Counted from the stretch's first letter, positions 1-10,488 are shown. The stretch is DNA of 64,000 nucleotides from an uncultured Verrucomicrobiae bacterium (GCA_963764165.1 CAVXRD010000002.1:1984001-2048000), one strand, 5' to 3'. Translations and numbers: made by a program. Notes: a model not told the origin generated them from the letters alone.

Positions 1-1611
1 AAATCGGCTTCTGAACGAACCCGTTCCTGGGCCGCGCGTGGCGAAATGTCAGCAGACACGGGCAAATCTCAAAAGGAGATTTTATTTGAAAGATTGAAGC
101 AGCCAGGAGACTTCGACTCATATCGTTATTTTTATGGATTGGAAGGCGGCAAGAAGCGGCAGGCGATGGATGAATTGATCTCGTCCTTGCCGGAGATCAA
201 ATCCACCTTTTCAAACCAGTATTTCAACGTCCTCGCCGCCGCTCTGAAGGAAGGCGCCGATACAAATGCTCTGGTGGCAGATGCGTTCGCTTCGCTCTAC
301 AAGTCACAACTTCCCCGGGCCACAAACTCAGGGCAGGCCATCATCGACCTCGTGCTGACGCTAAATGACGTTGCCACCGCCTCGGCGAAGCGCACGAATT
401 ATGGGTTTGCGATCGATATATTCACCAACCTGCTCGCTTCCAGTTTCGCGCACAAGCACGCGGATATGACATTAAACGATGCGAAGATGAGCCTTGCTTA
501 CACGCTGGAAAATGCGGGCCGCTGGCAGGAAGCTCTCGATATATTCGAAACGTATTCCAACCGCCCGCTCCAAATGGCCAATACCGGCGTTTACGGGGAC
601 GGGCTTACGCTGGTTTTCCCGCACATGCACGCGAGGCATTGCCGCAAAGAGCTTGGCCTGCCGCCGCTGCGGGATCCCCGCCAGTTCTCGGTTACAAATG
701 ACGTCAACTGGGGTGGCCCATTTTGCTTTTCGGCGGAGAGCGGAAGCATTTGGGTCGGAGCAAAGAATGTCCTGTGGAACTTAAGCGCCGACGGCGAAAA
801 GACAAACTCGTCCACTACGCTTCCCATCTCGCGGGAGGACGCGGTGACGGCCTTATACGGCGCGCCGGATGAGATTTGGCTGGGCACGCGGGCTAGCGGC
901 TTGCTCGCGGTCAATCGCCGGACCAAGTCTGTTCGCCAATGGAAGCAGGCAGATGGTTTGTTGATGGATTCGATTAGTTCGCTGGCGATGGATGGCAAAA
1001 TACTTTGGATCGGTTACGGACAGAGGTGGAGGGAATACAGTGGGAGTGTTTCCGGATCGGCCAAAGGAGGATTGGGTTGCATGGATTTAGAGACCGGCCA
1101 CTTTACAACTTTGGGACACTCCATGAACCGGGAGATCAAAGGCGGCCCAGAAACGTTCGTCAGCGATATGATTGTGCCAGTCCCAAACGAGCTATGGTAT
1201 ATCGCCGGCTACGGGATTTTCCATTACGTGGCTGCCGAACATACCCACACGTCAGTCCTCGGCAACGTATTGAGCATGTCAGCGGACAGCGGCATCATCG
1301 CCGCAACAGGCAATAATCAGAAATCGCCTCTCGGTTTGTCGATTTTGGATCCAGCGTCAAAAAAATGGATGCCGGTTTTTGAAAAGAGCGATGCGCCGAT
1401 TGGGAACGCAAGCCTGGTCCGGGTTTTGAACGGCTCCGTCTGGCTCGGTGGCCTCGGCTTCGTTGCTTCGATCGATCCGAAGGAGAGCCGCGTCCGGCAT
1501 TTTGCCTACATCAACAGCCCTTACGGCATAGATGATTTGCAATGGTCGAACGGCGAACTATGGGGCCGGAAAGATTGGTGGCTGTTTCACGCGCGGGTGC
1601 CGGCGGATTGA
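1..1611 (+). CDS. Hypothetical protein, helical/TPR-like region plus C-terminal beta-propeller (5'-partial)
   Basis: Frame is open from base 1 (KSASERTRSW...) through the ATG at 46. Propeller-type motifs IWLGTRASGL and ADGLLMDSISSLAMDGKILWIG resemble two-component-regulator propeller repeats. Confidence 0.6.
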   Translation, partial: KSASERTRSWAARGEMSADTGKSQKEILFERLKQPGDFDSYRYFYGLEGGKKRQAMDELISSLPEIKSTFSNQYFNVLAAALKEGADTNALVADAFASLYKSQLPRATNSGQAIIDLVLTLNDVATASAKRTNYGFAIDIFTNLLASSFAHKHADMTLNDAKMSLAYTLENAGRWQEALDIFETYSNRPLQMANTGVYGDGLTLVFPHMHARHCRKELGLPPLRDPRQFSVTNDVNWGGPFCFSAESGSIWVGAKNVLWNLSADGEKTNSSTTLPISREDAVTALYGAPDEIWLGTRASGLLAVNRRTKSVRQWKQADGLLMDSISSLAMDGKILWIGYGQRWREYSGSVSGSAKGGLGCMDLETGHFTTLGHSMNREIKGGPETFVSDMIVPVPNELWYIAGYGIFHYVAAEHTHTSVLGNVLSMSADSGIIAATGNNQKSPLGLSILDPASKKWMPVFEKSDAPIGNASLVRVLNGSVWLGGLGFVASIDPKESRVRHFAYINSPYGIDDLQWSNGELWGRKDWWLFHARVPAD

Positions 1612-1864
1612 GGACACAATCGCGCAAGCGCAGACCTTGCGTTGAGTGCGAAGCGCCCCGCCGCCATCCCCTTGGTCACGTCCGCTCCGTGAATGAGATG
1701 CAAAACGGCGTATTACAGGACAGGCTGGAAACTATCCTAGAAAGGCATGACTCTAAGCTTGGATCCTGAGCCATAACCTGCAATGCGGCCTGAAAGGGCG
1801 ATATGTCGCGAAGCTTAATGCCTTGCTCCGACGAACGGGCGTTCGCACCGCGAAGCGGACTGCC

Positions 1865-2515
1865 TTACTTCTTCTCCTTCAACATCCAGTCAAAAATAAT
1901 TTTAACATCGTCGCCGCACTTCATTGCGCCCATGCTGAGGGTGGGTGTCGGCGGTTCCACGCCGAAATCTGTCATCTTGACGGCTGCGGTTCCTGTCACC
2001 CGGAGCTTGCCTTCCGCCTCCGGTTCGATGGTGATCGGGAACGTCACGGGCTTGGTCTGGCCAGCAATAGTAAGTGCTCCCTTGGCTTCAAAGTCAAATG
2101 GCTTCCCAGCTTCGTGCGGACCCTTGAATTTCAATTCCGCCAGCTTGAACTCGACCACGTGGAAATCCGACTCCTTCATGTTTTTCTTCATGAGGTCATC
2201 CATGACTTCCGGAAGATGCTCGGCTTTGCTGTGAAAACCCGCTACCGCAACGAGCACACGAGATTTCACCGTGAGTTTGTCGCCCTGCATTCCAGCGGGG
2301 GCGGCTTGCGATTTGTCCAATGTCATGCCCGGCGGGAATTCAATGGTTCCACCAATGTTTTTCGACTCCATTTCCCAATCGTGCAAGGTCGACGTGCCGG
2401 TGATCTTGATGGAGGTGCCCGCCGCTTGTGATTTATACGTTGTCTGGGCGTGGGCGGCCATGCATGCGGCGAGGCTGCAGGCCCAGATGACGGCGGAGGT
2501 TCGGATGATGCTCAT
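1865..2515 (-). CDS. YceI-family periplasmic lipid/polyisoprenoid-binding protein
   Basis: Signal peptide; motifs GTSTLHDW, GALTIAGQTKPV, KMTDFGVEPP; ATGA overlap with the upstream oxidoreductase. Confidence 0.85.
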   Translation of the reverse strand: MSIIRTSAVIWACSLAACMAAHAQTTYKSQAAGTSIKITGTSTLHDWEMESKNIGGTIEFPPGMTLDKSQAAPAGMQGDKLTVKSRVLVAVAGFHSKAEHLPEVMDDLMKKNMKESDFHVVEFKLAELKFKGPHEAGKPFDFEAKGALTIAGQTKPVTFPITIEPEAEGKLRVTGTAAVKMTDFGVEPPTPTLSMGAMKCGDDVKIIFDWMLKEKK

Positions 2516-3927
2516 AATTCAAACCATTCTTTCTTGAATTCGATCTTTTGTTGTTTGAGGGCAGCCTCGTTGGCGATGATGGCCATGACGGTGGCCTCGA
2601 GTCCGTCCTGCCAGGTTGCTGTGGGCTTGGAGTTGATGGCGGGAATTGTCTTAAGATAATCGGCCAAGTCCTTGGGATCCTCGTCGGGATACGATTCGGC
2701 GCGCAATTTGACTTCGCCCGCCTGGCGGCCGGCTTTGTTGACGAAGTTATCGAGCGCGTAATAAAGCGGCTCGTGCTCGTAGGGCTTGAACGACTCGGCG
2801 CTGCCGGCCAGGGTCGTTTGCTTCGAGGCGCCAGCCACGAGGGCAATGCCCAATTCGTCGTAAAATGTGTCGTGCCGCGCATAGACTTCCCAGCCGCCCA
2901 GGGCCGCGCTTCGCTCCTTGAACAGCCACGCCTTGAAATCGCGCATCATCATCGCCGCTTCGGCGCCGAGGTAGGTTTCGTAGGAGCGCTCATAGGAATT
3001 GCACAGCGTCAGATCGTGGAAAAAATTGACGCCATGCGGAAATTCAAATACGCCCTGCACGGTGTCCGGCATGGTCCGGTTGTCGGTGTATTCGCCAATG
3101 GTGGAACTGAAGCCAGTGACGGCTTTGGGCCGCGCGTGAAGGAAATTGCTGACCGTATCAATCTGGTGAATTCCCACTTCCGCAAACAGCCCGTTGGCAG
3201 TCTTTCGATCCAAACGCCAGTTCAATTCTTTCTCCCGCTGCTCGCTTGGAGCGGTCTGATGCCAGGAATCCTTGATGTGCGTCTGGGCGCGCGCCATGAC
3301 GAACTTGCCCAACGCTCCCGTGCGGACGAACGGCAAAAGAAACGTGAGCTGCGGATGCGAACGCTGCTGCAAGCCGGGCTGGAAAACGAGTTTGACGGCA
3401 TCACGAGCGGCTCTGCAAATCGCTTTCGCGTCATCAATTGTATTGGCCAGGGGCGCCTCGCAATAAACATTCTTGCCGGCGGCCAGGGCGTCCAGCGCGA
3501 TTTCTTTGTGCGTGCCTGTTGGCGTGGCAATCACAACGGCTTGGACGTTGGGATCGGCGAGCAGCATTTTGTAATCCTCGTAAGATTGCGCTCCCGGAAG
3601 ATCTTTGGCTGCACGGCGGAGCCACGACTTGTAAGTATCGCAGATCGCAACTACGGGGCTGTTGTTTTGCTTTTCGCGGAGAGGATCGTTGTTGAGCGCT
3701 TTAAATTGCGTCAGGATTTCCCGCCCCCACTGGCCAACGCCGATGACGCCGACATTGACCTGCGGTCCGGCGGGAATTTTGGTCAGGGCGGTTTCGGCGG
3801 GGGCGGTTGTTTTGCTGTCGTCCGCCCGCAATTCCACGCCTCCCATGAGAGCCATCACAGTGGCCAGAGACGCTTGTTTGAGGAAATCGCGCCGATTCGG
3901 GTCCGGGATGTCGTTTGTGTTCTTCAT
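2512..3927 (-). CDS. Gfo/Idh/MocA-family NAD(P)-dependent oxidoreductase with Tat signal
   Basis: NRRDFLK twin-arginine motif; VGVIGVGQWG Rossmann motif; AVVIATPTGTH and NVYCEAP. Start placed at ATG 3927. Confidence 0.88.
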   Translation of the reverse strand: MKNTNDIPDPNRRDFLKQASLATVMALMGGVELRADDSKTTAPAETALTKIPAGPQVNVGVIGVGQWGREILTQFKALNNDPLREKQNNSPVVAICDTYKSWLRRAAKDLPGAQSYEDYKMLLADPNVQAVVIATPTGTHKEIALDALAAGKNVYCEAPLANTIDDAKAICRAARDAVKLVFQPGLQQRSHPQLTFLLPFVRTGALGKFVMARAQTHIKDSWHQTAPSEQREKELNWRLDRKTANGLFAEVGIHQIDTVSNFLHARPKAVTGFSSTIGEYTDNRTMPDTVQGVFEFPHGVNFFHDLTLCNSYERSYETYLGAEAAMMMRDFKAWLFKERSAALGGWEVYARHDTFYDELGIALVAGASKQTTLAGSAESFKPYEHEPLYYALDNFVNKAGRQAGEVKLRAESYPDEDPKDLADYLKTIPAINSKPTATWQDGLEATVMAIIANEAALKQQKIEFKKEWFEL

Positions 3928-3990
3928 GTCTGTAGTCAGATTAGAGCCATAATGAGACGATTCAAAGCAAGCCACAATTCAAATGAAGGC

Positions 3991-4037
3991 GCAGATCAAC
4001 GCAGCATGGCCACAGATGGACACAGATCCACACAGAT
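3991..4037 (+). repeat. 10-bp-period tandem repeat (CACAGAT core x3, preceded by two degenerate GCAG units)
   Basis: cacagat at 4011, 4021 and 4031; gcag at 3991 and 4001. Confidence 0.6.
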
Positions 4038-4293
4038 AAGAATTCCTGAACTCGAAACGGCGAGGCCGATCACATGGGTGTAATTAGAAATGGTTATGCC
4101 CGAACGCGCTCCGACGGAGAAGCGCAAAGAGTAAGTAAGGCCTGGCTCGGCTGGCAGCCTCACCCTGCCGAGTTCATGGTTCAATGCGCGAAAATTCCAT
4201 TAGGAGAATTCTCTCTCCATCACTCTCCTCCCGCCGCTGCGGGACGGGGCGGGAGGGAAGATCAATTCAGCTCCGGAAGCTTTATTGGCACAG

Positions 4294-4725
4294 CTACGGC
4301 AGATCGAGTTTCTGAATGCGCTGAAGGTGGCGTCCGCCCGCGAAGGGTGTCGCCAGCCAGATGCGCACAATTTCCAGGGCAAGTTCAATGGCCATCATGC
4401 GCTGGCCGATGGAAAGGACGTTGGCATCGTTATGCTCACGGCCCAGGCGGGCGCTTTCCAAATTCCAGCAGAGCGCGCAGCGCACTCCGCGAATGCGATT
4501 GGCCATGATGGCTTCGCCATTGCCGGAACCGCCGAGCACAATGCCGCGTTCAACTTCGCCTTTCGCCACCGCTTCCGCCACCGGGCGAATGAAGTCCGGA
4601 TAATCGACTGGTTCGGTGCTGGTCGTGCCGAAATCGCGCACCTCATGGCTGAGTTCGCGCAGCAATGATTTGATCCGCTCCTTGTAACCGTAACCAGCAT
4701 GATCCGACCCGATCCCGATTTTCAT
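4294..4725 (-). CDS. rpiB: Ribose-5-phosphate isomerase B
   Basis: IGSDHAG, VDYPD, GGSGNGE, HNDANVLSIG and FAGGRH motifs. Confidence 0.95.
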   Translation of the reverse strand: MKIGIGSDHAGYGYKERIKSLLRELSHEVRDFGTTSTEPVDYPDFIRPVAEAVAKGEVERGIVLGGSGNGEAIMANRIRGVRCALCWNLESARLGREHNDANVLSIGQRMMAIELALEIVRIWLATPFAGGRHLQRIQKLDLP

Positions 4726-4740
4726 AAATTCACTTTACTC

Positions 4741-5934
4741 CTAAGCGCAGCCTTGCACGAATCTTTTCATCCGCCGCGCCGCCTCCTCGAGACGATCCGG
4801 CGCGGTGGCGAAACAGCAGCGAATAAATCCCTCGCCGCTGGGCCCGAATGCCGTTCCCGGCACGCAGGCCACTTTCTCGCCGTGCAATAATTTCAGGGCA
4901 AACTGTTTTGAATCAAGTCCGGTGGCACGAATATTGGGAAAAGCGTAAAATGAGCCGTGCGGAATGTGGCAGCTCAGCCCCATCTCGATCAGCGCGTTCA
5001 CAAAAAAATCCCGGCGCGAGCGGTATTGGTCGCGCATATGCGCTGTGTCGGGTTCGCCGCACTCCAGCGCCTGGATCGCCGCCTCCTGGCTGATGAGGCT
5101 CGCGCACAGCATTGAGTATTGATGAATCTTCATCATCGCTTCGACAACTTCCACCGGGCCGCACGCGTAGCCGATGCGAAAGCCCGTCATGGCGTAAGCC
5201 TTGGAAAATCCGTGCGCAAAAATCGTCCGCTCGCGCATCCCCGGCAGCGACGCGATGCTGGTATGCTCGCCTTCAAAGGTAAGCTCGGCGTAAATCTCGT
5301 CTGTCAATACGATTAAATCGCGGCTCTTGGCGATCTCGGCGATTTTTTCCAATTCCGGGCGCGTCATCGTGCCGCCGGTCGGATTCGTCGGAAAATTCAG
5401 GACAAGCATTTTGCTGCGCGGCGTGATGGCTTTTTCGATCTCTTCCGCCGTCACCGAAAATCCATCCTCAGCCCGGCAAACCACCGGCACAGGCACGCCG
5501 CCGGCAAGCGTGATTCCGGGCGCGTAGCTGACGTAACACGGTTCGTGGTAAATGACTTCGTCGCCGGGATTAATGATGGCGCGAAATGCCAGGTCCATCG
5601 CCTCGCTGACGCCGACGGCCACGAGGATGTCGGTTTTCGGACTATACGCGACATGAAAATTCTTCTCGACGTGTTTTGAGATGGCCTCGCGCAGCTTGAG
5701 CAGCCCGAGATTGGAAGTGTAGGTCGTGCGCCCGGTTTCAATGGCGGTGATGGCGGCCTTGCGGATGTGCAGCGGGGTCACGAAATCCGGCTCGCCCACT
5801 CCCAGGGAAATGATGTCTTTCATCTCCGACACGATGTCGAAGAATTCCCGAATGCCTGACCGCGGAAGGGCGGCGACGTGGCGGGCGACGAATCTTTGTG
5901 GGTTTTGCTCCACGGCGTAATCGTAGCAGCCCAA
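4741..5934 (-). CDS. PLP-dependent aminotransferase class I/II
   Basis: ISLGVGEPDF, NFPTNPTG, DEIYAEL, GFSKAYAMTGFRIGY (PLP lysine). The true start may be GTG 5913. Confidence 0.92.
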   Translation of the reverse strand: MGCYDYAVEQNPQRFVARHVAALPRSGIREFFDIVSEMKDIISLGVGEPDFVTPLHIRKAAITAIETGRTTYTSNLGLLKLREAISKHVEKNFHVAYSPKTDILVAVGVSEAMDLAFRAIINPGDEVIYHEPCYVSYAPGITLAGGVPVPVVCRAEDGFSVTAEEIEKAITPRSKMLVLNFPTNPTGGTMTRPELEKIAEIAKSRDLIVLTDEIYAELTFEGEHTSIASLPGMRERTIFAHGFSKAYAMTGFRIGYACGPVEVVEAMMKIHQYSMLCASLISQEAAIQALECGEPDTAHMRDQYRSRRDFFVNALIEMGLSCHIPHGSFYAFPNIRATGLDSKQFALKLLHGEKVACVPGTAFGPSGEGFIRCCFATAPDRLEEAARRMKRFVQGCA

Positions 5935-5951
5935 TGGAGAAGGGCAAGTTG

Positions 5952-7235
5952 CTAGGCCGCCGCTTGGTCGGTCTTGCGGCGGATGATCGGCTTGGCTTCG
6001 CCGAGAACGGCGGGCCGGGTGATCGTCACGCTCGCCATGTCCTCAGCGGCGGGCGCCTCGTACATGATATCAAGCATAAGTTTTTCCAGCAGGCTGCGGA
6101 GGGCGCGCGCGCCGGTTCCCTTCTTGATGGCCTGGGCCGCCAGTTCCCGCAAGGCGTCGGGAGTAAATTCCAATTCCACACCCTCCATATAGAGCAGCTT
6201 CTGGTACTGCTTGATGAGGGCGTTCCGGGTTTCGGTGAGAATCAAAACCAATTGATCCTCGGTCAATTCCTCCAAAACCGTCGTCATCGGCAGGCGGCCG
6301 ACAAATTCAGGAATGAAGCCAAATGAAATCAAATCTTCCGGCTCAACCATGCTGAGCACCTTGTCGCGCCCGATGGAGCTGGAGCGCGCATTCTGCTCCG
6401 CCGCGCCAAAACCCATTACGCGATTGCCGATGCGGCGCTGAATGATTTTTTCCAATCCAACAAAAGCGCCGCCGCAGACAAACAATATGCCGCTCGTATC
6501 CACCCGGATATATTCCTGCTGCGGATGCTTGCGGCCGCCCTGAGGTGGGACGTTGCAAATGGTGCCCTCGAGAATTTTCAACAGCGCCTGCTGCACACCC
6601 TCGCCGGAAACGTCGCGAGTGATGGAAACATTTTCGGTCTTGCGGGCGATTTTGTCGATTTCGTCGATGTAAACAATTCCCATTTGGGCGCGTTTGACGT
6701 CGTAATCGGCGTTTTGCAGCAAACGCAAAATGATATTCTCGACGTCTTCGCCTACATAACCGGCCTCGGTTAAAGTGGTGGCGTCAGCGATGGCAAACGG
6801 CACATCCAAAATGCGGGCCAGCGTGCGGGCGAGAAGCGTCTTGCCGGAGCCAGTCGGGCCGATCAGCAGGATGTTGCTCTTTTCGATTTCAACTTCCGCG
6901 TGGCGCGCCTCGCTCAGTTCGTCGGAACCGGCGCGGGCTGTTTCCTGCATGAGGCGCTTGAAATGGTTATGGACGGCAACCGCCAGAGTCTTCTTGGCAT
7001 GATCCTGGCCAATGCAATGGATATCGAGGTGCGCCTTAATATCACACGGCTTGGGAATCGCGAACTTCGGCGCATTGCGCTTCGTCTCCGCCGACAATTC
7101 CTTGTCGAGGACGCTTTTGCATAGCGTGATGCAATTGTCGCAGATGTAGACGCCGGGGCCGGCAATGAGCTTTTTGACTTCGGCGTGGGACTTTCCGCAG
7201 AAGCTGCAAAGCGTGATATTATTCGGTCTGGCCAT
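5952..7235 (-). CDS. clpX: ATP-dependent Clp protease ATP-binding subunit ClpX
   Basis: Zinc-binding CSFCGK...ICDNC; Walker [41 protein letters not shown] loop. Confidence 0.98.
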   Translation of the reverse strand: MARPNNITLCSFCGKSHAEVKKLIAGPGVYICDNCITLCKSVLDKELSAETKRNAPKFAIPKPCDIKAHLDIHCIGQDHAKKTLAVAVHNHFKRLMQETARAGSDELSEARHAEVEIEKSNILLIGPTGSGKTLLARTLARILDVPFAIADATTLTEAGYVGEDVENIILRLLQNADYDVKRAQMGIVYIDEIDKIARKTENVSITRDVSGEGVQQALLKILEGTICNVPPQGGRKHPQQEYIRVDTSGILFVCGGAFVGLEKIIQRRIGNRVMGFGAAEQNARSSSIGRDKVLSMVEPEDLISFGFIPEFVGRLPMTTVLEELTEDQLVLILTETRNALIKQYQKLLYMEGVELEFTPDALRELAAQAIKKGTGARALRSLLEKLMLDIMYEAPAAEDMASVTITRPAVLGEAKPIIRRKTDQAAA

Positions 7236-7241
7236 TTCGAC

Positions 7242-7877
7242 TTAAGGGATTTTATCCGCAGGAGTTTGATCCGTCAAACCGGGAATCTGCTTCCTGGATT
7301 GCACGACCTCATCAACCAGGCCGTAGGCTTTGGCTTCGTCGGCCGTCATGAAATTGTCGCGATCACAATCCTTTTCGACTTGTTCAATCGGCTTTCCAGT
7401 GTGTTTGGAGATGATCGAATTGAGGCGATGCTTCAATTTGAGCATGTACTTCACACGGATTTCGACGTCGCTGGCCTGGCCTTCGGCGCCGCCGAGGACC
7501 TGGTGGATCATGATATTGGCGTTGGGCAGCGCGTAGCGTTTGCCCTTTGTTCCGCCGCACAAAAGAACCGCGCCCATGCTCGCCGCCTGGCCGATGCAAT
7601 ATGTATTCGTATCGCAGGTCAGGAATTGCATGGTGTCGTAAATGGCCAGACCCGCCGTGACGCTGCCGCCCGGCGAATTGATATAAAGATGAATGTCCTT
7701 CTTCGGATCGGCCATTTGAAGGAAGAGCAGTTGGGCAATAATCAAATTCGCCACCATGTCATCAACCGGCGTCCCGAGAAAAACGATGCGGTCGACCAGC
7801 AAGCGCGAATAAATATCGTAACCGCGTTCGCCGCGTCCGGTCTGCTCCACCACCATTGGCACTAAAAAATTTTGCAT
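7242..7877 (-). CDS. clpP: ATP-dependent Clp protease proteolytic subunit ClpP
   Basis: [27 protein letters not shown] (catalytic Ser), IMIHQ, DRDNFM. Confidence 0.97.
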   Translation of the reverse strand: MQNFLVPMVVEQTGRGERGYDIYSRLLVDRIVFLGTPVDDMVANLIIAQLLFLQMADPKKDIHLYINSPGGSVTAGLAIYDTMQFLTCDTNTYCIGQAASMGAVLLCGGTKGKRYALPNANIMIHQVLGGAEGQASDVEIRVKYMLKLKHRLNSIISKHTGKPIEQVEKDCDRDNFMTADEAKAYGLVDEVVQSRKQIPGLTDQTPADKIP

Positions 7878-8038
7878 AAGGTCCTAAATGTGCTTCCGAC
7901 TGTTTGTGCAACCTAACGGAAGTAACACTGACCGTCAAGCAGCCCAGCCCCCGCCTCCCAGCGGCGCCAACGAGGGCTGGCCTCAACCGTATATCGGCAC
8001 AATGCGTCCAGCACTTTAGGCAGGGCGGAGGCTTTTTG

Positions 8039-8126
8039 CGCAGCGCCGATTTCCAATCTGCTGCATCGCAGGATTCCAGGCTGGCTTGCGGTGTTCCGGC
8101 AAGCAGGTTTGGAAACCTGCGCTGCG
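8039..8126. repeat. REP-like inverted doublet (GCAGGTTTGGAAACCTGC family)
   Basis: cgcagcgccgatttccaatctgc ... gcaggtttggaaacctgcgctgcg imperfect inverted pair; the same core recurs at 28483-28506 and, diverged, at 36692-36714. Confidence 0.7.
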
Positions 8127-8165
8127 AACACCGTGTGACAAAACACCCGCCGTTATGTCAAATCG

Positions 8166-8324
8166 ATGATGTTGCAATGGCGAAAGACAAATCGCGGGAA
8201 GGCAAGCGGGTTCAGCTTGACGGAATTGTTGTGCGTGATGCTGATCATTGCGATTCTCGCGGCGCTTTATCTGGGATCGATTTCGAAGGCCTTCGCCCAC
8301 GTGATAAAATTTCTGAAACAATAG
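8166..8324 (+). CDS. Very short type IV prepilin-like protein (52 aa; absent from the ORF track)
   Basis: Manual translation MMLQWRKTNRGKASG^[37 protein letters not shown]: basic leader, G|F cleavage site, Glu at +5, hydrophobic helix. Confidence 0.75.
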   Translation: MMLQWRKTNRGKASGFSLTELLCVMLIIAILAALYLGSISKAFAHVIKFLKQ

Positions 8325-8369
8325 CCCATTCCGTTTGACAACAGCGGCCCGGGGCGTTTTTTTTGCTTC

Positions 8370-8783
8370 ATGGCTTCATCAGGATACTCCGGCACTCCCC
8401 TCTGGAAAAAGCTTGGCTGCAAGACTGGCATGGCTGCCTATGTGGACGGCGCTCCGAAAAATTACCTCGATCTATTGTCTTTGCCGGCGGACGTGCGGAT
8501 CCGGTGGCTCAAACGTCCCGCATCGGGCATGAACTTTGTGCATTTGTTTTCTGCTGGAGCCTCCGCGCTGATGACAAGGCTGAATTCCTGCCGGGAAAAA
8601 ATCGCTCCCGACGCCATAGTGTGGATTTCGTGGCCGAAGAAAACATCGGGCGTGAAAAGCGACCTCTCCGAGAATTTGATTCGTGACATGATTCTGCCGA
8701 CCGGCTTGGTGGATATAAAAGTTTGCGCGCTGGACGAGACATGGTCGGGATTGAAGTTCATGATTCGGAAGGAACTTCGGTAA
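8370..8783 (+). CDS. DUF3052-like conserved hypothetical protein
   Basis: GYSGTPLWKKLG N-terminus; WISWPKKTSGVKSDL; GLVDIKVCALDETWSGLKF. Confidence 0.8.
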   Translation: MASSGYSGTPLWKKLGCKTGMAAYVDGAPKNYLDLLSLPADVRIRWLKRPASGMNFVHLFSAGASALMTRLNSCREKIAPDAIVWISWPKKTSGVKSDLSENLIRDMILPTGLVDIKVCALDETWSGLKFMIRKELR

Positions 8784-8835
8784 CCAAGCGAAACCGCGCC
8801 CCATGTTGCCTCGGCGCGCTGGCGAGGCAGTTTTG

Positions 8836-9155
8836 TGGTTCCTCAATGTTTTCAGTGGAATGAGACAACTCGTTAGCCGTCGTTGCGGGACAACCCATTT
8901 GGAATCCAGGCTTGGCACTGGCTTGGCCAAAGCTCGTTATAGTGTATGATCTCGAAAAAGGGGCAACACCCGCTACACGGTTGACCATCAACGAGATAAG
9001 GGGCAACAAAAATAGCAACAAACCCGCAACAGACCCGCAACATTTCTTCCCGCGCTGTCGGGTTGCATGAAACGCGGCGTCTTTCCGTCGTTCCCTGAAA
9101 ATTTACATCAAGATGCCTGCACCAGCATTGTTCCATTGAAAACAGCGAGGAACCA
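8836..9155. repeat. Non-coding element with 25-bp imperfect terminal inverted repeats and internal phased GCAACA repeats
   Basis: 8836-8860 matches the reverse complement of 9131-9155 at 22/25 positions; gcaaca at 9003, 9015, 9026 and 9037. Confidence 0.5.
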
Positions 9156-9343
9156 GTTTTGTCGCATGGCAACCACGAGCAAATTTCCAGAGAACTTGCG
9201 GGCGGCGATGCAGGAAGCGTTACGAATTCAAGACCGGTTCATCATTGAACCGATGTGTTTCCAGACAGGCTGCGGCCATATGAAAAGCGAAGGCATCGCG
9301 ACCCTGCCATTAATGATTCTAAGAAGCATGACGCATTCTTTGT

Positions 9344-10117
9344 CTAACTGCGAGTCTTGATCTCCAGGTTGGCGAAGGCGTTGTTGCCGAATTCCTGGCC
9401 GCCGCGCGCGCCGGCTTCGACCGGGCGGGCTTCCTTGCCATCCCGAATCGGAACCGCGTTGGGGGACGGCGTTCTCGCTGGCACAACCACGACCGGCGTG
9501 ACGGCTGCGGGGCCGGAACCGTTGCCTGCAACACTCTCAGGCGAGCCTTTGGGATTCTTGGCCCGTTTAGCTCGCGGCAGAGGGCTCAGCATGACGTTGA
9601 TGCCCTTGCCAATCAATTTCGCCGGGGCATCGGGATGCCCAAAGGGCATGAGGCTCTGCACCAATCGCTCCACCTGCTGAAAGCCGATTTCTTTGTGCGC
9701 CATCTCGCGGCCGCGAAAACGCAGGGTGACCTTCACCTTCATGTCTTCGCAAAGAAAATCGATGGCGTGCTGGAGCTTGGTCGAAAAATCGTGCGGATCA
9801 ATATTAGGGCTGAGTTGAATTTCCTTAACCTTGTTCGCGTGCTGGTGCTTGCGGGATTCCTTCTCGCGCTTGGCTTGTTCATAACGGTATTTTCCGAAAT
9901 CAACCAACCGGCATACGGGCGGCACGGCGGCCGGATTGACTTCAACCAGGTCGACACCTTGGGCGCGGGCCATATTGATCGCCTCGCCGAGAGGGATGAC
10001 ACCGATATTTTTCTGGTCTCCATCAATGACGCGGACTTCCCGGGCGCGAATTTTCCCATTAACGCGCGTGAAGGAAGCGGGTGGAGTAAACGGACGGGAA
10101 GGGAAAGGGCGACTCAA
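9344..10117 (-). CDS. infC: Translation initiation factor IF-3 with Pro/Ala-rich C-terminal extension
   Basis: IRAREVRVID, DLVEV, PPVCRLVDFGKYRYE, KVKEIQL, VKVTLRFRGRE; TTG start codon. Confidence 0.95.
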   Translation of the reverse strand: MSRPFPSRPFTPPASFTRVNGKIRAREVRVIDGDQKNIGVIPLGEAINMARAQGVDLVEVNPAAVPPVCRLVDFGKYRYEQAKREKESRKHQHANKVKEIQLSPNIDPHDFSTKLQHAIDFLCEDMKVKVTLRFRGREMAHKEIGFQQVERLVQSLMPFGHPDAPAKLIGKGINVMLSPLPRAKRAKNPKGSPESVAGNGSGPAAVTPVVVVPARTPSPNAVPIRDGKEARPVEAGARGGQEFGNNAFANLEIKTRS

Positions 10118-10488
10118 GAGGCCCTCACGGGTTCGAATTTGTTCATGTACGATTCAACAAGTGTTCAAACAACCGGGCAAGCCCGGCTACTTTCAATACT
10201 AAAGCTTCTTTTGAACATTTTGCAAGTTGAATTGTTAAGATCGAATCTTGCAAAGGAAACGCGAAATATTTTTCACTTTCAAGGAACCCGTGAAGATTCG
10301 TTAAGCATTTGAACCTCAATCATTTATAATTATAGCAAAGAAACCGGGGCGTATTAGCCCGAAATATTTGCGCTAAAGTCCGAACCACTTGACGCCGATA
10401 GGGGTTTTTACCGGGTTAACTCGATGAAATGGAATTATCCAGGAGTTGTCATGTCCCGCTTTTTTGGGCACCGGCGGGAATGTCATAA

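Noticed and set aside
2548..4083. 511-aa plus-strand ORF and many similar long antisense ORFs (e.g. 16830-18485, 29572-30717, 10768-11937)
   Set aside because: Shadows of well-supported genes on the opposite strand in GC-rich DNA; no recognisable motifs.
9067..9360. 97-aa ORF (and 8758-9021) in the DUF3052-infC gap
   Set aside because: No motifs; overlaps the repeat-structured non-coding element.
10120..10170. gggttcgaat T-loop-like motif upstream of infC
   Set aside because: No cloverleaf, acceptor stem or CCA; not a tRNA.
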